Source: a candidate division WOR-3 bacterium (GTDB lineage: Bacteria; Hydrothermota; Hydrothermia; LBFQ01). Taken from it: a stretch of 64,000 nucleotides of DNA. The DNA is taken from positions 8,560 to 72,559 of the forward strand of contig WGFI01000094.1 of assembly GCA_015492295.1 (NCBI GenBank), written 5' to 3'. This document shows positions 56,615-64,000 of this stretch, in pieces (the stretch's first letter is position 1; the number at the start of each line of letters is the position of its first letter). The notes beneath the pieces are model-generated. The model was not told where the DNA came from, searched no databases, and saw nothing but the letters and a program-made list of their open reading frames with translations. A program made the translations under genes and the position numbers.

Positions 56615-58293
56615 TTATCCTTGAACGGCTTAAACTTGCTTTCCTCTTCTTCCTTCAACACCCTACGCAAGGCTTTTCCTATCACCGTTCTCGGTAGCTC
56701 TTTTCTAAATTCCACCTCAGAGGGTACTTTGTAGGGGGCGAGGTTTTCTTTACAATAGTTGATTATTTCATCCACACTTGCACTTTCGCCCTCTTTAAGA
56801 ACCACATACGCCTTCACGATTTCTCCCTTAATGGGATGCTCTATACCTACGACTATCGCATCCTTCACCTTGGGATGCTTAATTAAAACCTCTTCAACCT
56901 CACGAGGATATACATTGAATCCACCTACTATAATCATCTCCTTTTTCCTATCCACTATGTAAAAATACCCATCATTATCCATATACGCTATATCCCCCGT
57001 ATAAAGCCATCCATCCCTTAAAACTTTGGAAGTTTCATCCGGCCTTTTCCAATAACCTTTCATGACCTGAGGGCCTTTAACGATCAGCTCACCCGGCTCA
57101 CCTATGGGCATCTCCTTTTCGCCTTTCTCTATATCAACGATTTTCGCATCCGTATCTGGGAAAGGCAATCCTATACTTCCGGGCTTGTTTAAACCATATA
57201 TTGGATTGCAGTGGGTGACGGGTGATGCTTCTGAAAGTCCATAACCTTCAACCAGCTTACCGCCCGTAAGTCTTTCAAAGTCTTCTTTGATCTTTAAGGG
57301 TAAAGGTGCAGCCCCCGATATGCATGCTTTTATGGATCTCAAATTGTACTTTGATACCTTAGGATGGTTGGATATAGTGGCGTATATCTGAGGAACTCCC
57401 GGAAGAAGGGTTATTTTATGTTTTTCTATGAGCTTTAAGGCATCTTCGGTGTGATATTTGGGCATAAGAACCATCTTTGCTCCTATTTTCACCGAGAAGT
57501 TCAAACCCACGGTCATGCCATAGCTGTGAAAGAAGGGAATTATACACAGGGTGGCCTCGCTTCCAGGTTCAAGCTGCGTGAACCATGAGACGGATTGGTA
57601 GGTATTGGCGAGTATGTTAAAGTGAGTCAGCATCACACCCTTGGGTGTTCCTGTGGTTCCACCTGTATATTGTAGCACGGCTAAGTCTTCGGAGGGATTT
57701 ATATCAACCTCCTTGAAATCCGAAGAATACTTCATAAACTCCGAAAAACGATGTATATGTTCATCATCAAAAGGAACCGGCTTGGGTTTGGGTTTGGCCA
57801 CCAAAGGATACAAAAAACCCTTTACAAATGGAAGGAAGTCGGGTACCTTCCCTACCACATATTTTCTGACCTTAACCTTATCTTTCACCTTATCCACGGT
57901 GTCCCAAAAGATATCAAGCGTTATGAGGATCTTCGTCTCAGAATCGTTCAACATGAATTCCAACTCATTGGGGGTATAAAGGGGATTCAGTTGGACGATA
58001 ACGCCGCCGGCCATCAAAGTGGCATAGTACGATATTATATAGTGAGGTACATTAGGCAGCATTATCCCTACCTTATCACCCTTTTCCAGACCTAGGGCTC
58101 TTAAAAAGTTGCTGAATTGGCAAGAAAACTCAAAGAGTTGCCTGTAATCGCACTGCCACCCTTCAAACCATATAGCCGTATTACTCGGATAGCTCTTCGC
58201 CGTTTCTTCAAGGATCTTCCAAAGGGGCTTCTCTGGATAGTCTATGCTCCTCGGAACACCCCTTTCATAATGCGAATACCAAACTCTCTCCAT
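56611..58293 (-). CDS. Long-chain-fatty-acid--CoA ligase (AMP-binding enzyme)
   Basis: 560 aa. Motifs are the AMP-binding motif YTGGTTGTPKGVMLTH, GYGLSE, YTGD and the C-terminal GKALRR lysine motif. Confidence 0.85.
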   Translation of the reverse strand: MERVWYSHYERGVPRSIDYPEKPLWKILEETAKSYPSNTAIWFEGWQCDYRQLFEFSCQFSNFLRALGLEKGDKVGIMLPNVPHYIISYYATLMAGGVIVQLNPLYTPNELEFMLNDSETKILITLDIFWDTVDKVKDKVKVRKYVVGKVPDFLPFVKGFLYPLVAKPKPKPVPFDDEHIHRFSEFMKYSSDFKEVDINPSEDLAVLQYTGGTTGTPKGVMLTHFNILANTYQSVSWFTQLEPGSEATLCIIPFFHSYGMTVGLNFSVKIGAKMVLMPKYHTEDALKLIEKHKITLLPGVPQIYATISNHPKVSKYNLRSIKACISGAAPLPLKIKEDFERLTGGKLVEGYGLSEASPVTHCNPIYGLNKPGSIGLPFPDTDAKIVDIEKGEKEMPIGEPGELIVKGPQVMKGYWKRPDETSKVLRDGWLYTGDIAYMDNDGYFYIVDRKKEMIIVGGFNVYPREVEEVLIKHPKVKDAIVVGIEHPIKGEIVKAYVVLKEGESASVDEIINYCKENLAPYKVPSEVEFRKELPRTVIGKALRRVLKEEEESKFKPFKDK

Positions 58294-58295
58294 AA

Positions 58296-58369
58296 CGCGT
58301 CCGGCGGGACTTGAACCCGCGACCTTCGGCTCCGGAGGCCGACGCTCTATCCTGCTGAGCTACGGACGC
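58296..58369 (-). tRNA. tRNA-Arg (anticodon CCG)
   Basis: The reverse complement is GCGTCCGTAGCTCAGCAGGATAGAGCGTCGGCCTCCGGAGCCGAAGGTCGCGGGTTCAAGTCCCGCCGGACGCG, 74 nt. It has a perfect 7-bp acceptor stem, anticodon loop CTCCGGA and T-loop TTCAAGT. Confidence 0.85.
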
Positions 58370-58420
58370 TTTAAGGTTGATATTATACCGCGGAAAAATT
58401 TCTGCGATAGAATTAACGCT

Positions 58421-60406
58421 ATGGCTGTTCCAAAAGAAGTTAAGGAAGAGGTTGAAAGGTTGAGGAATTTAATAAGGAAGTACGATTATTATTACTATGT
58501 TCTGAACAATCCTTTGGTTTCGGATGCGGAGTACGATGAATTGAAAAGGAGACTTACAGAACTTGAAAGGAAGTATCCTGAACTTATAACTCCTGACAGC
58601 CCAACTCAGAGGGTGGGAGCACCACCCCGAAAGGAATTCCCCAATGTAAAGCACTCCTTACCCATGCTTTCCTTGGATGACGCCAGAAACGAAGAAGAAA
58701 TAAGAGAATTCTACGAGAGGATACTCAGACTCGTGGGTGGTGAGGTTGATTTTTGTATAGAACCCAAGTTTGATGGAACTTCCCTTGAATTGGTTTATGA
58801 AAGGGGTGTTTTGGTTAGGGCCATAACCAGGGGCGATGGTATAACGGGCGAGGATGTCACTCCTAATGCTAAGACAATAAGATCCATACCTTTGAGACTA
58901 TTTGAGGATATAAGCATAGAGATCAGGGGGGAAGTGGTTATATCAAAGGAGAATTTTAGAAAGTTGAATGAGAGTCTGATAGATAGGGGAGAAAGACCGT
59001 TCGCTAACCCCAGAAATGCGGCTGCGGGATCACTAATGCAACTGGATAGCAAAATAACGGCTTCAAGACCTCTGGACTTCATAGTTTGGGGATTCGGGAT
59101 GAGCGAGGTTGAATTTAAAACCCAAAGTGAATTTCTAAAAAAGACCAAGGATTTGGGATTCAAATCCCCCGAACCTTTCACTACTCGGGATATAAATGAA
59201 ATATTGAAAATCTATCGTGAATGGGAAAATAAAAGGGATAGCTATGAGTACGAGCTGGACGGATTGGTTATAAAGGTCAATGATGTCAAACTCTGGGATA
59301 AGTTAGGATATACGGCAAAATCCCCGAGATGGGCGTTTGCGGCTAAGTTTAAGCCGCGAGAGAGAACCACAAAACTTTTAAATGTGGTTTGGCAGGTGGG
59401 GAGGACGGGTATAATTACGCCTGTAGCTGAGCTGAAACCCGTTGAAATAGGCGGTGTTATAGTTTCACGTGCAACATTGCACAATGTTGATATAGTTAAG
59501 AAGCTGGGGGTTAGGATAGGTGATACGGTTATCGTTTCAAGGGCAGGCGATGTGATACCTCAAATAATAAAACCCATAGAGGAGGCGAGAACTGGGGAGG
59601 AGGAGGATATTCAGATACCCGATCATTGTCCCGTTTGCGGAGGGGAGGTAGCCCTGGAAGGTCCATATTTAAAGTGTTTGAATCTTTCCTGCCCGGCGAA
59701 ATTGGCGGCGAGTATAAGACATCTCGCCAAGAGGGAGGCGTTTGATATAGAAGGTTTAGGTGAAAAAACATCAAAACTGCTCGTTAGCAGAAATATAGTG
59801 AAAGATATTTCGGATATTTTTAAGCTTCGCAAGGAGGATCTGATACATCTTCCCGGCTTTTCGGATATATCCGCCGAGCAGCTGATCTTAGCGATAAATA
59901 GGGCAAAAAGGATAACTCTTGAGAGATTCCTTTACGCCCTCGGAATACCCGGCGTAGGAGAAGTTACGGCCAAACTCTTGGCGAGGCACTTCAAAAATCT
60001 TGATGATCTCATGAATGTCGGTAGGTTTGAGCTTTTAAGGATAAAGGGGATAGGGCCCGAAACGGCTAACGCCATAGAGAAGTTTTTCAAGGATAGTAGA
60101 AATAGGGAGTCCATAAAGAAAATGTTAGAATACGGTGTGGAAATTATAAGTGAAAAGGTTGAAGGTCCTTTATCGGGTAAAGTTTTCGTTTTCACGGGTG
60201 AATTGGACTGTTGCCCAAGAAGCGTGGCGAAAAAAATGGTTGAAGAACTCGGAGGCCAAACCGCCGATAATGTTTCAAGGAGGGTACATTATCTCGTCGT
60301 AGGTAAGAAACCGGGTTCAAAACTTCAAAAGGCACAAAAATTAGGTATAACGATCATTGATGAGAAGGAATTCCTAAGAATGTTAGAGGAGGCCCGTAAG
60401 AGTTAA
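58421..60406 (+). CDS. ligA: NAD-dependent DNA ligase LigA
   Basis: 661 aa. It has the adenylation KxDG motif (EPKFDGTS), a zinc finger (CPVCGGEV...C...C), HhH repeats and a C-terminal BRCT domain (KVFVFTGEL...). Confidence 0.95.
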   Translation: MAVPKEVKEEVERLRNLIRKYDYYYYVLNNPLVSDAEYDELKRRLTELERKYPELITPDSPTQRVGAPPRKEFPNVKHSLPMLSLDDARNEEEIREFYERILRLVGGEVDFCIEPKFDGTSLELVYERGVLVRAITRGDGITGEDVTPNAKTIRSIPLRLFEDISIEIRGEVVISKENFRKLNESLIDRGERPFANPRNAAAGSLMQLDSKITASRPLDFIVWGFGMSEVEFKTQSEFLKKTKDLGFKSPEPFTTRDINEILKIYREWENKRDSYEYELDGLVIKVNDVKLWDKLGYTAKSPRWAFAAKFKPRERTTKLLNVVWQVGRTGIITPVAELKPVEIGGVIVSRATLHNVDIVKKLGVRIGDTVIVSRAGDVIPQIIKPIEEARTGEEEDIQIPDHCPVCGGEVALEGPYLKCLNLSCPAKLAASIRHLAKREAFDIEGLGEKTSKLLVSRNIVKDISDIFKLRKEDLIHLPGFSDISAEQLILAINRAKRITLERFLYALGIPGVGEVTAKLLARHFKNLDDLMNVGRFELLRIKGIGPETANAIEKFFKDSRNRESIKKMLEYGVEIISEKVEGPLSGKVFVFTGELDCCPRSVAKKMVEELGGQTADNVSRRVHYLVVGKKPGSKLQKAQKLGITIIDEKEFLRMLEEARKS

Positions 60407-61089
60407 TCCTTTCTCTCCTCCTTAAGTATTTTACCATCCCTAAGATGTATTATTCTCTCAGCGGATTCCATAATCAACGGATCGTGCGTTGAAAATATGA
60501 AAGTTATACCCATCTCCTTATTAAGTTTCTTCATAAGAGATATGACCTTTTTTGAATTCTCACTGTCTAAGTTGGCCGTAGGTTCATCAGCCAGTACGAT
60601 CTCAGGTTTTCCTACCACCGCTCTGGCTATAGCGACCCTTTGTTGCTGACCCCCGCTCATCTGCTTAGGAAATCTATCAAGAAGCTCGCTTATACCGAGA
60701 AAATCAAAGATTTCTCTTATTCTCCTTTCTCTTTCAGAAGCAGGAACCCCTTGTAAGAACAATATAAATTCCGCGTTCTCCTTAGCCGTTAAAGTGGGTA
60801 TAAGGTTGTACGTTTGAAAGATGAAACCCATTTTATTGAGTCTTAATTCGCTCAGTTTATTCTCGGGAAGGGTATCTATCCTATGTCCCAAGAAGAAAAC
60901 TTTTCCCTCATCGGGTTTCTCTATACCACTTATGATATTCAATAAGGTCGTTTTACCGCTTCCTGAGGGTCCTACCACTGCAACGAATTCCCCTCTATTT
61001 ATAACCAAACTCAGATCATCCACGGCGTTTATAATTTCCTCTCCGCTCTTAAACACCTTACTCACACCTTCCAGTTTAACTATTTCCAT
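60403..61089 (-). CDS. ABC transporter ATP-binding protein (LolD/MacB-type)
   Basis: 228 aa. Motifs are Walker A GPSGSGKTT, signature MSGGQQQRVAIARA and Walker B VLADEP. Confidence 0.8.
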   Translation of the reverse strand: MEIVKLEGVSKVFKSGEEIINAVDDLSLVINRGEFVAVVGPSGSGKTTLLNIISGIEKPDEGKVFFLGHRIDTLPENKLSELRLNKMGFIFQTYNLIPTLTAKENAEFILFLQGVPASERERRIREIFDFLGISELLDRFPKQMSGGQQQRVAIARAVVGKPEIVLADEPTANLDSENSKKVISLMKKLNKEMGITFIFSTHDPLIMESAERIIHLRDGKILKEERKD

Positions 61090-61099
61090 ATAAACCTCC

Positions 61100-62323
61100 T
61101 CATTTTCTCAAAATTTCTGCGACATTTAGCCTATTTATCCACCTCGCTGGGAAATAAGAAGCGATTCCGGAAAGTATAACTATGAACACAGTATAACCTA
61201 CGATACCTTTCCATTCCCATACGCTCCTTATAACTGGATTTATCATTACTCCACCGTATGACCAGCTTTCACCACCAACGAAACGGTATAGAGTAGAGAG
61301 ATCCAAACCTCGTGTTGATAAATATATATTGGTTATAAGTGCCAATATCAGTCCTACAAGCGATGAGAATCCACCGAGTGATAATCCCTCCAAGAATATC
61401 ATAACATTTATATGCTTGGAATCCAAACCTAATGCCCTTAAAACTCCTATCTCCGTAGTCCTATCCATAACGCTCATAAACAAAACATTTATTGTTCCAA
61501 CGGATATTATGATATACAGAAATAGCATTATTAGAATAAGGCCCGAATAATCAATGGTTATCGCGCTGACCAATTCTTTCATAGACTCTTTCCAAGTGTA
61601 GGATTTTACACTTCCGATTAAAGTTTTATTCATCTCCTTGGAGAATTTATCTGCTACTCGCATATCTCTTAGAATTATGGAGATCTCATGAGATTTCCCA
61701 TTGTAGTGAAGATTATCCCGAATGTAATCTATATCGGCAAATATCACGCAACAATCAATTTCTTTTAGGGGAAATTCTACTATCCGCCCTACTCTAACCA
61801 ATATTCCGGACACTTCTCCATAAAAATCCCGTGCCAAAATAACCATACGATCATTCGTAGATACACCCACCTTCTTAGCCAATTCTTTACCGATAATAAC
61901 ATACTCCTTGCCTTCAGGTTTCCATTCCAGATTCTTTAACAAAGGATGGGTTGGTATCTCCTCTTTAAGATCCATAGAAATTATATTCACAGGATAACCA
62001 CCGCTGACTCTTTGCACAAAAGCGGGAATATATAACCTCTCATAGAACTTCTCCACCCGAGAATCGTTTGATAAAAATCTTTTGATATTTTTGGTATCAA
62101 ATACCGCACTTGTTTTACGAGTCTTGAACCATAGGGTATCGTAAATAGCCACATGACCGCTCCCCATTCTTACCGCCTGATCAATCATATTTTTATAATT
62201 TCCAAAAGCCAAGCAATGAAATACTATGCCTAAGTAAACCGAACCGCAAATAAGCATAAACTGTATTCCACTCCTGATTTTGTTTCTCCAAATATTTCTC
62301 CAAGCTAATTTTAACCAAATCAT
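61100..62323 (-). CDS. ABC transporter permease, FtsX/LolC/LolE-like
   Basis: 407 aa. It has an N-terminal TM, a large periplasmic domain and three C-terminal TM helices (the FtsX-like topology). It is coupled to its neighbours by 4-nt overlaps. Confidence 0.7.
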   Translation of the reverse strand: MIWLKLAWRNIWRNKIRSGIQFMLICGSVYLGIVFHCLAFGNYKNMIDQAVRMGSGHVAIYDTLWFKTRKTSAVFDTKNIKRFLSNDSRVEKFYERLYIPAFVQRVSGGYPVNIISMDLKEEIPTHPLLKNLEWKPEGKEYVIIGKELAKKVGVSTNDRMVILARDFYGEVSGILVRVGRIVEFPLKEIDCCVIFADIDYIRDNLHYNGKSHEISIILRDMRVADKFSKEMNKTLIGSVKSYTWKESMKELVSAITIDYSGLILIMLFLYIIISVGTINVLFMSVMDRTTEIGVLRALGLDSKHINVMIFLEGLSLGGFSSLVGLILALITNIYLSTRGLDLSTLYRFVGGESWSYGGVMINPVIRSVWEWKGIVGYTVFIVILSGIASYFPARWINRLNVAEILRK

Positions 62324-63531
62324 ATCAACCCCCTCTCACGGATCAACCTTGGAACATCTATACGATATATACCAGAGGACACGAATAAAGATACCATCAT
62401 CACTAACACAAGGAGCAGTATGGACGAGATTATATAATTGATCGGATTTAATTGCACAGAAAATACCGGAAGTATATATACATTTTCAAACCTCACAGTA
62501 CTCATATAGGCTCTGAGATCTATCGGATGATGGTGCAATATGAAGCCTACAATCAAGGTTAAAGGTACCGAAATGCCGATTGAGAGGATTCCTAGGAATA
62601 AGGATTCGCAAAGAACGGTTAAAAACAATTTATATCTTTTCATACCCATCGCTAAAAGTATAGCAAATTCTTTCCTTCTTTCATAAAATGCAACTAAGAT
62701 AGCATTGAGAACGATCAGTACAACGGTGAAGTAAAAAATTACACCTACAATTACCTTGTAAGCGTTCCATAATCTTAATATATCCCATATACTCTTCATC
62801 TCTTCCTGCCACACCACCACCTCATATTCCTTAGGAAGAGTTAGAATCCCTTTAAATTCCAAGGCCTTCAAAGGTTTCTTCAATCGGAAAATGTATTCAT
62901 GCGCCTCACCTTTAATATCCGCTAAATTTTTAACATTTTCCTTAGACATGATTACCGTATTGGCATCCCTTTGAAATATGCCGGTTTTGAAGATACCTTC
63001 TATAATAAAACCTTCCGCAAACATACTTCCATCGGATCTAACACCTATAAGGTACAGCGTATCTCCAACACTCAGACCCAAGGTATTGGCCAGATCTTCA
63101 CCTATAAGGGTACCTTCTGATGATATGTATCTACCTTTCACTATGTACCGTTCAATATGGGTTATAAATGTATCCCTCTTAATATCTATTCCCAACACCT
63201 CCACACCACGGGATTCATCCTTGGATGCCGCCAATGCGAAAACTCTGAATCTGGGAGAATATGCCTCAACCAAGGCGCTGGATCTAAATTTATAAGGTAA
63301 GGAATCAAGAGTCAAACTCAATCTGTAATTTTCCAAATACCCTTTCCTGACCACCCTACCGTGTCCTACGAATTTTCCAGCTGATTCTTCCAAGGAAGTG
63401 TAAAGTAGGTAATCGTATAAATCAAGCGTTATTATGAGAAATATAGTTCCCAGCACCAAGGTTAAACCACTTAATAAGGTTCTACGCTTATTCCTCCACA
63501 AGTTTTTCCAAGATAAATACAATAGCATCAT
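62320..63531 (-). CDS. ABC transporter permease, FtsX/LolC/LolE-like (paralog)
   Basis: 403 aa with the same architecture as the preceding gene. Confidence 0.7.
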   Translation of the reverse strand: MMLLYLSWKNLWRNKRRTLLSGLTLVLGTIFLIITLDLYDYLLYTSLEESAGKFVGHGRVVRKGYLENYRLSLTLDSLPYKFRSSALVEAYSPRFRVFALAASKDESRGVEVLGIDIKRDTFITHIERYIVKGRYISSEGTLIGEDLANTLGLSVGDTLYLIGVRSDGSMFAEGFIIEGIFKTGIFQRDANTVIMSKENVKNLADIKGEAHEYIFRLKKPLKALEFKGILTLPKEYEVVVWQEEMKSIWDILRLWNAYKVIVGVIFYFTVVLIVLNAILVAFYERRKEFAILLAMGMKRYKLFLTVLCESLFLGILSIGISVPLTLIVGFILHHHPIDLRAYMSTVRFENVYILPVFSVQLNPINYIISSILLLVLVMMVSLFVSSGIYRIDVPRLIRERGLI

Positions 63532-64000
63532 CTTTGCATATACTCAGGGGAAAATAGCGTGTCAGGAATTTTAACATTTAATAAGACCTTATTGTAGATT
63601 ATCCGCGTGTATTCGTTTGAATTTGGCGGTTTTATTTCCATAAACATCGGTATCCATCTACCCGAAACTTTTCTGAATCCTCCAAAAGTTATGATTCTTT
63701 TGACTTTATCCTTCTCATAAAATATGGCACTTATAGGCAACTTTTTGGATATAAGGATCCTATATCTAAGCGAATCCCAGATGGAAGCTTTCCCCTTTTT
63801 GGCTTTCGCTGAAATCAGCACGGTATCATTCCTAAGATATATTACATTTAAGATATAGTTTTCGGTTAATTCCGTTTCTTTAACAAGGTCATCATAAGTG
63901 AAATGACTACCCATCCAGCTTTCACCCATCAACGACGGAGGGATCCTTATAACCATTCTTATGTTAGGAAAATATGCCCATAAACGATCCTTGAGCTTTA
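63528..64000 (-). CDS. LolA-like outer-membrane lipoprotein-sorting protein (N-terminus beyond window end)
   Basis: The frame is open to the window edge (...KLKDRLWAYFPNIRMVIRIPPSLMGESWMGSHFTYDDL...). The GSxFTYDDL motif is typical of LolA-like proteins encoded next to LolCDE-type transporters. Confidence 0.55.
   Translation of the reverse strand, partial: KLKDRLWAYFPNIRMVIRIPPSLMGESWMGSHFTYDDLVKETELTENYILNVIYLRNDTVLISAKAKKGKASIWDSLRYRILISKKLPISAIFYEKDKVKRIITFGGFRKVSGRWIPMFMEIKPPNSNEYTRIIYNKVLLNVKIPDTLFSPEYMQR

Noticed and set aside
58370-58386. CCTTAAAGCG upstream of tRNA-Arg as another instance of the promoter motif
   Set aside because: Only the CCTTAAA half matches, and it directly abuts the tRNA 5' end. 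A TATAAT element 7 nt further upstream (58384-58392, minus strand) is the more plausible -10, so it is not counted as a motif instance.
1-64000. Search for CRISPR arrays, rRNA genes, IS elements or transposases, and integrases
   Set aside because: There are no short direct repeats with regular spacers and no rRNA-like conserved stretches. There are no transposase or integrase-like ORFs (DDE or tyrosine-recombinase motifs) and no terminal inverted repeats flanking the R-M island.

Overview
This is a 64 kb chromosomal window from a Gram-negative bacterium. The evidence for an outer membrane is lpxD, kdsB, a LolA/LolCDE-like cluster and a TonB-dependent-receptor-like barrel. Several secreted proteins end in a Por/T9SS-type C-terminal sorting domain, which points to an FCB-group-like lineage. 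Codon usage is AGG/AGA/ATA-rich and GC is about 40-45 %, so the organism may be a thermophile, but taxonomy cannot be settled from sequence alone. Coding density is high, with about 60 CDS and two tRNAs (Leu-CAG and Arg-CCG). There is no rRNA, no CRISPR array and no obvious IS element or transposase.

Recognisable housekeeping genes include thiolase, radA, truB, lpxD, nadC, kdsB, ileS, dapB, speH, ligA, hslO, radC, cdaA-cdaR, pstB and an acyl-CoA ligase. A Rieske/cytochrome b/pentaheme cytochrome c operon encodes a bc-type complex.

The accessory content is as follows:
- A type II restriction-modification pair (an unclassifiable small endonuclease plus a beta-class SPPY methyltransferase). It sits in an AT-rich island that uses Shine-Dalgarno sites and is followed by possibly frameshifted small ORFs.
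- A block of unknown membrane proteins (33348-35266) followed by two recently duplicated, tail-anchored coiled-coil genes with internal repeat-number variation.
- A roughly 22-residue-period glycine-rich beta-solenoid-like repeat protein (7877-9529) with a recurring G-N-D-x-Y motif.
- A secreted triheme CxxCH protein flanked by Pro/Glu/Gln-rich low-complexity regions.
- A cluster of T9SS-type cargo proteins, including a Gly_rich-like protein and an FG-GAP propeller.

The most genome-wide signal is a recurring promoter-like element CCTTA(G/A/T)AATAT. It ends only 7-11 nt upstream of many start codons and of the tRNA-Leu 5' end, which implies widespread leaderless transcripts.

Two caveats apply to coordinates. 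The six-frame track treats GTG and TTG as starts, so several listed starts are over-extended (noted per feature). Some ORFs in the track, such as those across tRNA-Leu, are spurious.
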